Assembly: GCA_040768745.1 (NCBI GenBank)
Contig: JAXGMI010000002.1
Span: 32,001 to 96,000 of the forward strand
DNA from: Desulfomicrobium sp.
Lineage (GTDB): Bacteria; Desulfobacterota; Desulfovibrionia; Desulfovibrionales; Desulfomicrobiaceae
Direction of reading: 5' to 3'
Length of the DNA: 64,000 bases
The translations under genes and the position numbers were made by a program. Position 1 is the stretch's first letter. Each line of letters opens with the position of its first letter. Under the pieces are notes generated by a model. The model did not search any database and was not told the DNA's origin. It saw nothing but the letters and a program-made list of their open reading frames with translations. Of this stretch, positions 11,386 through 22,566 are shown piece after piece.

Positions 11386-11730
11386 CTTGCAGGCCCTCCA
11401 GACGGCTCTTGAGCGCGTCGATCACCGTGCGGCGTTTCTCGGTTCCATGTAGCCTTTGAGGGTCTCCGGATTGGCTTCCTCGTTGACCTTGGAGATGGCG
11501 TCGGTGGCGGAGAGCTTGCTCAGGTCCACCGGTTCCGCGTCCTGGTCTGGCTCTGGAGGGGCGAGCGGTTCCTGCTTCGGTTTGTCGGCCATGGCCAGGC
11601 GGCCATTCTTGAGCGCCGCCTGGATCTGCTTGGTGAGGCGTTCCACCTCGACCACCTGGCCGGGCTTGAGTTTCAACCCGGCGTCGGGGATCACCAGAAC
11701 GCCGGGACGGATGTTCTTGATTCGATTCAT
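11372..11730 (-). CDS. Small head-associated protein (frameshift near 11440)
   Basis: Follows the capsid gene; C-terminal EKRRTVIDALKSRL in the shifted frame. Confidence 0.5.
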
Positions 11731-11748
11731 CTCACGTCACCTCCCGGA

Positions 11749-12609
11749 TTACGGAACCAGTTTGACGGCCATGATGTCGGGGCGGGTAATGCCCTGACCG
11801 ATCTCGGACCACACCAGCCAGCCGGTCTTGAAGCGGGTCTTCTGGTCGATGGACTCCGTCTTCAGGTTTTCGCGCACCGGCATCTTTCCGACCTCTTCAT
11901 CCGGGACGATGATGATCTCGTCCAGCGGCATGGAGGCGGTCAGCAGAATGCCGCCGGTGCCGTAGTTCTTGATGACACCCTTCTGGCGCAGCTCGAGCTT
12001 GGTCTGGGGATCGAGGTTCCAGCCGCGCATGTCGTTGAACCGGCGGCCGCGCATGACGATGTACTTCACCGACAGCTCCAGGTCCTCGATGATCGAGATG
12101 GCCTCGTTCAGCGCCTCTTCGGTGAGCAGGTCGCCGGTGACCTCGATGGTGTTGGTCGCCGGGATGGCCGAGGAGAGCACCGAGATGGTGCGGCGGTCCA
12201 TCTCCTTGCGGATGGCGTCGGCGGCGCTGGTCTGGATGTCCATCAGCGTGCCGATGTTGCCGTTCTTGAGGACGGAAACGTCCACCATCGGATTGGAGTG
12301 GATGCGGTTGGTGGGGAACTCGACCTCGTCCTTGCCCACCTCCTGCTCCTGGGCGTCGCCGTCCTTGCTGATCCAGTGGGCCTTGACGGTCGGTTTCTTC
12401 TGGTAGACCGGACGTTCGCCCTTGGGCAGCGTGTGCTTGGTGAGCAGCAGCGAGGAGATCTCCTTGCGCTTGATCTCCTGTTCGATGGGCGCGGCGATGG
12501 CGGCGGCAAGCGCCCGCATGCCTTCGGGCGACTCGAGAGCCTCGCTCATGAGCCGCGCCATGGTTTCCATGTATTCCTGGGAATGGATCTTCAACTGATT
12601 GGTTTTCAT
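11749..12609 (-). CDS. Major capsid protein (HK97-like fold)
   Basis: 286 aa intact ORF after protease/scaffold and decoration genes; C-terminal GWLVWSEIGQGITRP. Confidence 0.75.
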   Translation of the reverse strand: MKTNQLKIHSQEYMETMARLMSEALESPEGMRALAAAIAAPIEQEIKRKEISSLLLTKHTLPKGERPVYQKKPTVKAHWISKDGDAQEQEVGKDEVEFPTNRIHSNPMVDVSVLKNGNIGTLMDIQTSAADAIRKEMDRRTISVLSSAIPATNTIEVTGDLLTEEALNEAISIIEDLELSVKYIVMRGRRFNDMRGWNLDPQTKLELRQKGVIKNYGTGGILLTASMPLDEIIIVPDEEVGKMPVRENLKTESIDQKTRFKTGWLVWSEIGQGITRPDIMAVKLVP

Positions 12610-12627
12610 GTGCGTTGGCTCCTTGGG

Positions 12628-12989
12628 TTAGACGAGCAGGCGGAATTTGAGGACGCCGCTCTGTACGGAAATGGCGTGGGCGACGACGTGCTCTCCGGCC
12701 GCGACGCCGTTGGTCAGGCGACCGCCCGCCGAAACTTTCAGGTCGTCTCCGGCGACGACGGTCCTTCGAAAACGTCGGTCTCGTAGACGCCGCCGTCGCA
12801 GTAGATGCCGGGCATTTCGCCACCGGCGTAGTCCTTGATCAGGATGCCGAAGGAGCGCTTGGTGGGATCGGTGTTGACGGCGAACAGGTCGTCGCCGACC
12901 ACGCGGACCACCTGGCCGAGCTGGCCGTCGCCCTGGATGTGGCCGTCGCCATAGGCGAGGCTGCGGTGACACGGATTGATGAATGACAT
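12628..12989 (-). CDS. Capsid decoration protein (frameshift near 12762)
   Basis: Gly-rich beta protein between scaffold and capsid genes; ORFs 12738..12989 and 12628..12972 join. Confidence 0.55.
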
Positions 12990-13001
12990 GGTGTTTCCTC
13001 C

Positions 13002-15401
13002 TTATGCGTTGATTTGCGAGTGTTCGGGAGAGTCCTCGCCGACACGGTTGCGGTAAGCGGCCATGAACCCGTCGCGCAGACGGTCCTCGAGCGACACCTT
13101 GCGGTCGTCCACATCGTGGGGCCGGACACCGGCGTCGCTGCGCAGCGGGGTTTCCGTCGATGCCTTGGCGGCGGGCTTGCCGCCCTGGTCGCTGTCGGCG
13201 GGTTTCTCTTCCTTGTCCTTGTCCGCTTTGGCCGACTTGGGCAGGCGCTCGTAAGCGGCCTCGGTGGCGGCGAAGGCTTCGTCGGACAGTTCGGCCAGGC
13301 GTTTCAGCTCGGCTTCCCGGTCCTCCTCGGAAGCGAAGGAGAGCCCCTGCTTCTCCAGCCGGGTGAGCAGCTTCTTGGCGCGGGAGCGGCAGGCGGCCGC
13401 CTTTTGTTCGGCTTCCAGTTCCTGGACGCGTTTCTGCAGCTCGGCGACCTGGGCCTTGAGCTGCCGGTTTTCCTTTTCCAGGTCGGTAACGCGGGCAGGA
13501 TCGCCTTCCTGCTGGGCCGGTTTCTTCTTGGCCGCTTCGACGGCCGGGTCATCGGTGGGTTTGGTTTTGTCTTCCATCGTGGAATCTCCTTCGGGTTGGG
13601 ATTGGTCGGGCTGGCTCTGAAGGGACGCCACCTGCAGAATCCTGGCGTTCTCGTCCGCGCCTTTGCGGTCGAGCAGTCCCAGTCCGGTGAAAGTGACGCC
13701 GTGCAGAATCTCGAAAACGGGTTGGCCATTGAAATCACGGCCCTTGAATTTGCGCAGGTGGGTGCAGTAGTCGGCCTTGTTCTGGAAGCGCTTGTGGCAG
13801 ACCGAGCATTCGCCTTCCTGGTAGTCGCACTCCATGGAGACCTGGGAGATGATCCCGCGCTTCATCAGCTTGTAGGCCAGCCGGGCGGCCGGGGTGTCGT
13901 GGACGTACAGCTCGCCGACGCATTCCACGCGGCCGCCGTTGTCGTCCTCCAGGTAGTCGGCGGCGACGATGCCACCGACGATGTCGTTGAACTCCTGCGA
14001 ATGCTGCAGATCGACCTTCTTGTTCACGGCCGTCATGTGCCGACCGGACAACTCCTCGGCGGTGAAGTGGTCGCCGTTCTTGTTGGTGCCGGTGCGGCAG
14101 AGCACGAAGCTGAACTGGGGGTCGCCCGCCGAGCCGACATCCATGGCCTCGGTCGCGAGGCGTTCGCCATCGCCCAGCCGGATGTCCACGGGGATGCTGG
14201 TGTGGAAGTTCGCGGCGGCGGCCATCGGAACGGGTTTCTCCTCCCGCTCGGCGCTGGCCTTGGCCCCGGGAGCGCAGACGAACAGACGCTCCTTGGCGTT
14301 GGAAGCCTCGCCGTGCTTGGAGGTGATGGCGTAGTGGTGATCCTTGGACTTCATCCGGCTCTGCTTGCCGAAGGAGCCGATGATCCGCTTCATCTCCTGC
14401 TCGTTGGGATAGGCGTGATCGCGGTAGGAGATCAGCCAGTGCGGGATGTGCTTGGCGTTGCCGAGAAAGGTCTGGAAGAACTCGCTGGCGTTGGCCTTGG
14501 TGACGGTCTTGTGGTCGGTCTCGTAATACTTGACCTTGGTGTCGGCCTTGATTTCGAGCCCTTCCCAATAGGTCATGAGCCCCTCCACGAAGTGGTAGGC
14601 CCGCTCGTAGTTGGTGGTCGAAAACTCGGTGGCGTAGGGCGGATCGAAGTAGGCCAGATCCGCCTTGGCTTTCGGCAGCAGGTCGTTGATGTCCTGCCGG
14701 TATGCCTTGTTCTCCTTGTCGTTGTCGAAGACCAGGGCGTTGATGCGCTGCAGGTTCTTGCGCAGACGATCCTTGAACTCGTCGGGGGTGTCCTGGCGGC
14801 GGCCATAATCGGTGGACGACGAGAAGTGGCCGAAGCCGCCCTTGCCGCTCATGCAGGTCTTGCCGAGGCCGAACAGGGCGATGTCTTTCTTGAAGCCGGA
14901 GAGCTTGTCGCAGTTGGCGCGGATGGTGTCGATCAGCGCATGGACGCCCTTGGCGAAGAAGATGCCCTTGAAGTTGTCCTGAACGAAGCTGCCCGCCTTG
15001 GCGTTGTCGGCCAGGAGCGCCTCGATCTCGTCCTCGCTCAGGCGAACCGAGTTGTTCTCGATGATCGCCTTGGCGGCGTGGTGGCAGTAGCGGAGCCGGT
15101 CGTTGGCGATGACCTGGAGGCCCTTGGTCTTGTACATGTAGGCCACGACCGCAGACCCCGAAAAGGCGTCCAGCACGGTGCCAGTGCCTTCCGGGGTATG
15201 CTTCCAGATCCAGTCGACGAGCTTCTGCTTACTGCCGATGTAGTTGGTGATGTACTTGGGGCGCTTCTCGGGAGGGAGCTCTTCAGGAGCGGACTGTTCG
15301 GCGGCCTCGGTCCCGAGCGCATCGGGATCGAGAGTCAGCGCCGCATCGGCCTCCAGTAGAAACGCCAGCCTTTCCAGGTCTGTGGCGAACAGTTCCATCA
15401 A
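13002..15401 (-). CDS. Fusion: D12-class DNA adenine methyltransferase + prohead protease + scaffold coiled coil
   Basis: YIGSKQKL, DAFSGS, YFDPPY; then TNKNGDHF, VDLQH, VSMEC, CSVC..YCTHL, FTGLGLL..GAD; C-terminal coiled coil; one uninterrupted 799 aa ORF. Confidence 0.8.
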   Translation of the reverse strand: MMELFATDLERLAFLLEADAALTLDPDALGTEAAEQSAPEELPPEKRPKYITNYIGSKQKLVDWIWKHTPEGTGTVLDAFSGSAVVAYMYKTKGLQVIANDRLRYCHHAAKAIIENNSVRLSEDEIEALLADNAKAGSFVQDNFKGIFFAKGVHALIDTIRANCDKLSGFKKDIALFGLGKTCMSGKGGFGHFSSSTDYGRRQDTPDEFKDRLRKNLQRINALVFDNDKENKAYRQDINDLLPKAKADLAYFDPPYATEFSTTNYERAYHFVEGLMTYWEGLEIKADTKVKYYETDHKTVTKANASEFFQTFLGNAKHIPHWLISYRDHAYPNEQEMKRIIGSFGKQSRMKSKDHHYAITSKHGEASNAKERLFVCAPGAKASAEREEKPVPMAAAANFHTSIPVDIRLGDGERLATEAMDVGSAGDPQFSFVLCRTGTNKNGDHFTAEELSGRHMTAVNKKVDLQHSQEFNDIVGGIVAADYLEDDNGGRVECVGELYVHDTPAARLAYKLMKRGIISQVSMECDYQEGECSVCHKRFQNKADYCTHLRKFKGRDFNGQPVFEILHGVTFTGLGLLDRKGADENARILQVASLQSQPDQSQPEGDSTMEDKTKPTDDPAVEAAKKKPAQQEGDPARVTDLEKENRQLKAQVAELQKRVQELEAEQKAAACRSRAKKLLTRLEKQGLSFASEEDREAELKRLAELSDEAFAATEAAYERLPKSAKADKDKEEKPADSDQGGKPAAKASTETPLRSDAGVRPHDVDDRKVSLEDRLRDGFMAAYRNRVGEDSPEHSQINA

Positions 15402-15454
15402 CGTCTCCGGTCAGTTTGCTGTGCTCTCCGCGACCTGCGGGGAGCGTTCAGCGG

Positions 15455-15485
15455 TTACTTACCGGAAGCGTCGGCGATGTGTCGG
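15455..15485 (-). promoter_or_regulatory. Phage promoter motif copy upstream of the head operon
   Basis: TTACTTACCGG-N14-TGTCGG, intergenic. Confidence 0.75.
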
Positions 15486-15501
15486 AGGGTGACGGCGAAT
15501 T

Positions 15502-15855
15502 TCAGCGGGCGGGGTTCAGCCGGGCCAGAACGGCCTTGCCGCAGGCGTCGAGGGAGGGGTATTCGTCGCTCTCGGTGATCTCGGAAAAGACCCCGTCATA
15601 GGGGGAGCGGGACAGCCGGTGGTATTCGAGAAAATCCGCCGGAAGCGAGGTGGCCCCGGCCTCGACCAGACGGTTGACCACCCAGGCGGCCTCGTCCTTG
15701 CGGTCGGCAAGCCCGTTCGGCCCCCGGTCGAGGTAGTACATCTCCACATCCAGACCGGGACCCGGCCCCTGAACCCAGACGCCCACGGGCACGTATTCCG
15801 GGGCGGTGGCTTGCCGGTCGGCGATTATCGAGTCGATCATATAGCGCAGTTTCAT
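15502..15855 (-). CDS. Hypothetical protein (candidate immunity protein)
   Basis: 117 aa ORF coupled downstream of the MuF fusion. Confidence 0.6.
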   Translation of the reverse strand: MKLRYMIDSIIADRQATAPEYVPVGVWVQGPGPGLDVEMYYLDRGPNGLADRKDEAAWVVNRLVEAGATSLPADFLEYHRLSRSPYDGVFSEITESDEYPSLDACGKAVLARLNPAR

Positions 15856-16362
15856 GACCAGTCCTCCGCGATCCGGAGATGCTCGCCAGAAGCTGGGCGT
15901 CGATCCGGTGGAATCTTTCGGCGTTTTTCTGGCGGTAGGCGATCCAGCGTTGCCAGTCCGCCGCGAGTTCGGGCTCCGAGACCGGCTCGATCATTTCGAC
16001 ATGGTGAATCCGGCCCAGATCGTCGGTCAGCTCGACAATCAGCCAGCCTTCGGCCTCCTTGCCGTCATGTTCGGCGTCAGGGTGTCTTCGACCCGGACAT
16101 CGACCACCTTGATGGTGTGGGCGTGCTGAAAGCCCTCGTCGTAACCGAGCGCCTTCCACAACAGCCAGAAATCGGTGCGCAGATGGTTGCCAGCGGTGTC
16201 GAAATGGGGTGCGATCCGGGTGACGGTGAAGCTGTCCACCAGGGTATCCAGAAAGAGATCCCCGGATTCCCTGACGGTCATGCGGCTGCCCCGGTTGTTG
16301 AACCAGTGCAGCGCTTCCTGCAGCCGCCGTTTCTCCTGTTCGATAAAGTCCTTCATGGTCAT
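15852..16362 (-). CDS. Hypothetical protein (frameshifted; candidate immunity protein)
   Basis: ORF 16039..16362 continues in the frame of 15596..16159 (AEHDGKEAEGWLIVEL...); start overlaps the MuF stop. Confidence 0.55.
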
Positions 16363-19300
16363 TGTTTGCGTTTGCTCCAGCTTTGCGGGGTATGGACGAT
16401 GTCCTCCACCTTGCGCCCGTCGGGCAGTTTCTTGATGCCGCGCCGGGTGAAACTCTGGATGATCTCCCGGCGTTCGTTGTCGCTTCTGGCCACGATGAAC
16501 TCGATGTTGTCCAGCAGCGTCACCGAGTATTTGAAGATGGTTTCGTTGCCATGGCGCTGCGAGAACCGCTTCCAGTCGTCGATGCTGGCTCCCCGGTTGC
16601 GCTGCACGTAGTCGTCAATCACCTTGCCGTAGGCGTCATGGTCATAGCTGATGGCGTCCATGCGCCGCAGCATCTGTTTCTTGAAATAGAGGGCCGGTGA
16701 GGCGTCGCTGGCCGGTTGCTTCTTGATCCGGGTGAAGAAATAGCTCGCGCCGCCGGTCTGCATGTCGGCCACCGGGGACATTCCGCCCGGAGCCACGCCC
16801 ATGCGCATCTTCTCGACCGTGCTGACCATGGCTCCGTTGTTCTCCATGATCAAGTCGATGAAGCCGGACATGCTCTCGCCGTTGGTCAGATCGTGGACCA
16901 GCGAATAGCCCTTCATCTGTTTTTCCAGGTCCTCCTCGGTGATGTCGAACCGGAACTGGTGCCGGTATCCGCCCTTGGCGTCGCGGTCCAGAAAGCCCGC
17001 CTGGTATTCGCCCAGCGGGTTGTATCCGGAAAGCTGGGTGATGTCCTGGACGCCCAGTTCCTTTTGCCAATAGCCGCGCAGGGCCTGGACCCGCTCGGTG
17101 GTGGTGGCGTTGCGGTCGTCGAGGGATTTCTGCAGCCGTTTGTAGTCGGCGCTCTTGTCGGTCTTGCGGATGTAGGCGAGCTTTTCGAGGTACATCTGCT
17201 CGGCGTTTTCCGCCGTGGCCACCCGGGTATCGATCCCAAGCTGTTCGAGCTTTTCCAGCATCGCCTCGACCCGTCCGGGGGTGGCGTCGCCGTCCAGGAT
17301 CATTTCCAGCTCGCCGCGCTGGGCATAGAGGTTGGTGTCCGACCAGGGGCGATAGCGGACCCGGGTGCCGTCCTCGAAGGTGACGGTGTACTGGTGCCCG
17401 TCCTGCATGCGGGAGTTGTGATTGAACAGCGTCCGGTTGTCGATGTCGTCGGCCTCGACGGTAATGGTGCCGGAACCGATCCTGCGCTTGGTGTGGGTCA
17501 CCTTGCCGCGTTCCACCTTGAACGGCGGTTTCTCCTTGGGTTTCTGCGCGTCGAGCTTGGGCAGGTACTGCTCGAATACGCCGTTGGTGGCCCGGTCCCA
17601 GTCGACGGACTCTTCGATCTCCTTGACCCATTTCAGATAATGGTCCGCCATCTCCTTGACCTTGGGGTCGGCGCTCTTTTGCAGGGTCTCCAGTTTCTTG
17701 CGCAGGCGCAGGGCCTTGTCGATCTTGGTCCGGTTGTACTTGCCGTCGCCCACGTGGAAATTGACGTTTTTGACGGCGTCCAGAATCGTCGGAAAGAAGC
17801 TGTCTTCGACCAGCGGTTGTCCCTTTTCCCCGGCCGCCGTCTGCACATACCTGCGCAGCACCTCGTCGATGCGGCGGTCGGTGTCCGGCCGGATCTTCAT
17901 CTTGACCACGGTGCGCTTCTTCCCCTTGAAGCTCTCGGTGAAGATCAGCGCGTTCTGGTCCTCCACGTCGCCGCTGTCGAAGGGCAGCGTCTTGCCCTGC
18001 CAGCCGAGTTTGCGGGCCTCCTCGACCAGGGTCTCCTCGGCGGAGGAGAGCAGCTTTTTCTTGCCGGTGGCGGCGCTCAGCTTGTCGAAACGGAAGCCCC
18101 GATCCCCCAGCACATCGGCGTAATAGCCCTCGAAGTCCCGCCGGAGATTGTGTTTCCGCTCCAGGGCCAGATCGTAGAAATGCCGCAGCCCGGCCGGGTC
18201 CTTGGCGAACCGTCCCTCGGCGTAGGGCCGCAGCAGATCGAGGTAATCCTCGTCGGCGATCTTTTCGACTTCCTGGATGTAGCGAAGGGTCGCGTTCGGA
18301 TCGACCCGTACCTTCCCTTCCTTGGCCGCCCGGAAGACCTTGTTGTAAAACGGCTCTTCCTCGCCGCAGACGCCGTTGGGGTGATAGTCGAGCGAGAGCT
18401 TGTCCTGGCCCAGAAACTTGAAGGCCTGGCCTTTGTCGATGCCGTAGACGCGACCGTCCCGGGCGCGGATGAACTGCTTGGAATGTCCGTCGTGGTTGGC
18501 GATCAGCCAGTCGACCACATGCTCGCGCTGGATCTGCTCCAGTTCGATGGTGGTCAGATCCTGGGGCAGGATGTTGCGAAAATCGAAGTCGTCCCGCAGA
18601 TCGGTACGCCATTTCTGGATGGAGCCGGTGCGGCCGTTCAACTGGATGGTGCGCACCTCGATGGAATGGGGGTCGATCAGGCGGCCGATCTTGTAGGCGG
18701 CTTCCTCTCCGAAGGCGATGAACTCATCGTCCTTGCGGCCAATGGGCTTGAACAGCCATTTGTCGCCGTTCTCATCGGTCCAGAACTCCTTTTCGTGTGC
18801 GCCGCCGACAGCGGCCTTGCCGGTTTTCTTGAATTTTGACGGCAGACCTTCTGCTGCCACGCGGTATCGACGGTGGCGAACTCCGCGCCTTTCTTGCCGA
18901 TCTTGGCCTCGGGCGGCTTGACCGGGCTCGGCTGTGGAGCCGGTTTCGGCGGCTCTTTCTTCGGCGTGGCGGGCTTGGCCGGTGCGGTTTTCTTCTTGCC
19001 GCCATGTTTTTCGGCCCAGGCGGCGTGCTTGGTGTCGATGCTGGCCTGAACCGCCTTGATTTTCGCGGGATCGGTCTCGGTGAAGAGCGTGGTCAGCTCG
19101 TCTTTGTTGGCCCACTGCCAATACTGGACCTTGGTCTCCTTGGCGAGCGTCTTGAGCTCCGTCGATTTCAGCTTGCCGACCTGATCCTGGAAGAGCTGTT
19201 TCTTGAGGGCGATTTCCTTGCTGTGGGCCGCCAGCAGATCCTGGGGTAGATCGGTGCCGCCGGAAACCGCCTGTTCCGCCTTGGCAATCGCGTCGAGGAA

Positions 19301-20944
19301 ATCCTTGTAGCCGGTCGGCGTGTCGGGAACGACCACGGCCTTGGCGGCGTCTTCGAGGGCCGTTTTCTGTTTCAGGATCAGCTTCTGCTTGGCCTCGTCG
19401 ACCGCCTTTTTCTTGACCGACTCGGCCATGTCGGCACCGGCCTTCTTCTGCAGCGCCTCGACGAGCTGCTGCTTGTTCTTGAGGATGCCGATGCCGTGCT
19501 TCTGTTTGGCCGCCGCGAGTTCCTTGCCCATCAGGCCGCTGTGATCCACGCCGGGCTCCAGCTTGTCGAGCAGCTCGATGGTCTCCTGTTTGGTCATGTT
19601 GAGGGAGATGCCGTTCTCCTTCGCCATCTCCTTGAGCTGCTGGGCGGTCATGCCCTCCAGCCCCTCGGCGGGAGGGATCTTCGCCATCTGGGCGGCGAGC
19701 AGCTTGGCCTGTTTGAGTTCCGCCTGCTTCAGTCCGAGCAGCTCGACCAGTTCTTCCTTGGTCCGCAGCAGGCCGATCTTGTGTTCCTTGAGCTTGGCGC
19801 TGAGCGCCGCTCCGGCCAGGTCGCCGTGATCGATCCCCGGTTCGGCCAGATCGAGCAGCTTGATGAAATCGGCCTTGGTCCGGGCAATGGCCACGCCGTT
19901 CTGTTTCGCCAGGGTCTGGAGCTGTTTGACCGTCAGCGAGCCGAGGTCGGCGATGTCGCCGTTTTCAAAGGCGCTCTTGAGCTTGGCGTTCTCCTTGGCC
20001 TGGGCGTCGGCCATGCCTTCCAGCATGGGGCGGGAGAATGCAGGCGTCCCCTGCGATGCCTGGGCGGCGGCCTTGGCGGCCATCTCGCTGCCGCAGACGG
20101 TCATCGGCCAGGCCACGATGTTGGTGCAGCGGCAGTGCGGATGCGCGGGTTGCTGGGGGAACTTGTCGATGGGAAAGGTCTTGCCGTCCAGGCCGCCGCA
20201 GACCGGGCACATGCGCTCGTCCTCCATGGCCAGCCATTCCAGCTTCTGGATGCCGACCCGCTCGTGGAACTTGAGCCTGCCCATGTTGTGGGCGCGGAGG
20301 ACCTCGGTGCGGGCGATCATCTCCATGCGGTACTGCGCCTTGCTGAACACCCGGCTTCCGGCCTGGCGAAAGGAGTCCTTGTCGACGATCACCTTGCCCA
20401 TGTCCCGGACGATGTCGTCGGCTCCCTTGCCCGTGGCGACGCCGTTCAGGATGGTGCGCTTGATGCCGTCTGCGAGTTCGCGGTGGACGTCACCGGCGAG
20501 CGTGAGGTTGTACTGCGCCATGAAGTCGAGGGCATTGGTGTCGACGATGGTGAACACCTTGGTGGCCAGCTTGTCGATGCCTTCGGGCTTGAGGTCGGCG
20601 TAGAACGGCAGCGCCGCGTCGGCGAGCTCTCCGATTCCCTGCTGGATGCCGAGCTTGAAGGAGTCCTTGGTCGTCTTGCGAAAGACCAGGGTCTGCTCCC
20701 GCTTGAGCCGCTTCATGGTGTCGTCGAGTTCGAGCTGGAGCTTTTCCAGCCCCTTGAGGGCGGCGAGCTTGTTGTCCGGCAGGGAGCCGAGGGAGCGGTA
20801 CTGGAGGATGGCGCGGGCGACCTCGTCTTCGGCCTGTTTCAGCGCCTGGGTGAGCTGGGCCGTGACCTGGTCGTTGTAGCGGTTGCGGGCCGTCAGGCTT
20901 TTCAGGGTGGCCGCCTGGATGCGCTGCTTGAGGTCCGACGGCAT
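16359..20944 (-). CDS. MuF / SPP1 gp7-like minor head protein with helical repeats, a HipA/PI3K-like kinase and a C-terminal enzyme-like domain (frameshift near 18845)
   Basis: IARTE...DERMCPVC..LDG...PAHPHCRC; three L(T)xxxLxxLAKxxG repeats; GGAHEK..WLFKP..EEAAY..DWLIANHDGH..GIDKG. Confidence 0.8.
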
Positions 20945-22452
20945 CAGCGGGGCTCCCGGCGGTCGATGAAACGACAGGCCGGGGCGTCGAAGGTGCGCTC
21001 GCTGTTGTGGACCCGGCAGTGGTTGGTGTCAGCAATGAAGTGGCTGCACTCGTCGCACACGGCAGCATCGCCGGTGGACTCCAGGTCGCCCGACCAGACC
21101 AATGCCGCCTCCGCCGTGGGTTCATCGTCCTCGGCCGGAATCCCGAGCATCTTCCGGGCGCGAGGCACGCTGAGGATGCCGGAGACGACCATATCCACCA
21201 CCGGCTTCACCTGCTTCTCGTCCATCAGGTCGATCTGCTTGCGTTCGGTCTCGCGGTTGGCGGCCTCGATGTCCGGGTCCAGGTCCATCTTGAGCTGAAG
21301 GCTGGAGCGGCTGATGAGCTTGCGGTCGTAGAGTTCGATGAGGAGCTTCTTGAAATCGACCGCGTCGCTGGGGTCGAGGTCGTTGAAGATGAACTGGATG
21401 CTCTTGTCGCCGTGGCCGTTCAGCTCCATCCAGTCGTCGAACACCCAGTCGAGGAGCTTGCGTGCGGCCTGTTTGATCTCGCGGATCATGACCATCATCT
21501 TCTGCATGCTCACCGAGGCGGTGGCGAAATTCGGGCCGTCGCCGGTCACCAGCGAGCGTGACAGACCCAGGGCCACCACGATGTCTTCCTTCACCTCCTT
21601 GACCTTGTCCTCGACGTTGAGGACCTGGCCGTCGGTGCCGTGGGTTTCGACATTGACGTAGAACGGGACCACCAGGCCGCTTTTCATGTCCATCTTGTTG
21701 ACCATGTCGCGGACCTGTTCGAGCATCCGCTGGTCCGGCATCACCATCTTCTGGCCGAACGCGCCGCCCACCTTGAGCAGGCGGAACGGCGTGGCCCAGC
21801 GCTTGGCGATGGCCTGTTCGGCCCGGCGGTAGTCGCGCAGCAGTTCGATGGCTTGAAAGGCGGGAAGCACGAGGGAGTTGCCCCGGGGCGAGAAGGCCGG
21901 TGCGTCCCATTTGAGGTGGACCACCTGTTCGACGGGCAGCGGGATGGATTCCCCGCCGCCGGGGGTGTCCTCGGGAAATTGCCGGGCCTCGATCAGCTCG
22001 CCCTGGGCGTATTTGACCTTGACCGAAACCGGGTTGACGCAGACCAGCTCCTCGATGTCCTGGCCGGACTTGGTGAAGCGCTTGAAGCCGATGGCGTCGC
22101 CTTTCACCAGGAGCTGAAGAACCATGTCCTTGATGAACTGCGAGATGTTCAGCCGCCAGGCGGCCTCCAGAGCCTGCTCCTTGAGGGTCTCGTCATCGCT
22201 GGTGATCTTGATCTCGTCGCCCACGGCGAAGGTGCGCCAGGAGTTGACGCAGTTCTTCACCAGCGGCTCCTCGACGTAGTATTCCCAGGCCTTGCGGGCG
22301 CGTTCTTCCCAGGTGGCCGGAATCGCTTCGGCGGCGTTGACCTTGCTGAAGGCGGCCGAGTCGAGCGCGGCCGCTGCGGCCAGCGGCGCGATGACAAAGC
22401 CGGTGGTGTCCAGGCTTTCGGGTTGTTCGTCCTGATGGGCGGTGCTTTCCAC
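20944..22452 (-). CDS. Portal protein
   Basis: Downstream of terL; LLVKGDA, VVHLKW...RGNSLV, ALGLSRSL...GPNFATA; probable GTG start at 22452. Confidence 0.8.
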   Translation of the reverse strand: MESTAHQDEQPESLDTTGFVIAPLAAAAALDSAAFSKVNAAEAIPATWEERARKAWEYYVEEPLVKNCVNSWRTFAVGDEIKITSDDETLKEQALEAAWRLNISQFIKDMVLQLLVKGDAIGFKRFTKSGQDIEELVCVNPVSVKVKYAQGELIEARQFPEDTPGGGESIPLPVEQVVHLKWDAPAFSPRGNSLVLPAFQAIELLRDYRRAEQAIAKRWATPFRLLKVGGAFGQKMVMPDQRMLEQVRDMVNKMDMKSGLVVPFYVNVETHGTDGQVLNVEDKVKEVKEDIVVALGLSRSLVTGDGPNFATASVSMQKMMVMIREIKQAARKLLDWVFDDWMELNGHGDKSIQFIFNDLDPSDAVDFKKLLIELYDRKLISRSSLQLKMDLDPDIEAANRETERKQIDLMDEKQVKPVVDMVVSGILSVPRARKMLGIPAEDDEPTAEAALVWSGDLESTGDAAVCDECSHFIADTNHCRVHNSERTFDAPACRFIDRREPR

Positions 22453-22526
22453 GTGATCCTCTCGGTAGTTTCGGCCATGACAGCCGCACATCCGGCCCGT
22501 GTGGGCCGAACCCGGCTCGATGCCGG

Positions 22527-22557
22527 TTACTTACCGGAGCGGGGTGGAAAGCGTCGG
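22527..22557 (-). promoter_or_regulatory. Phage promoter motif copy upstream of the portal gene
   Basis: TTACTTACCGG-N14-CGTCGG, intergenic. Confidence 0.75.
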
Positions 22558-22566
22558 AGGATGCGA

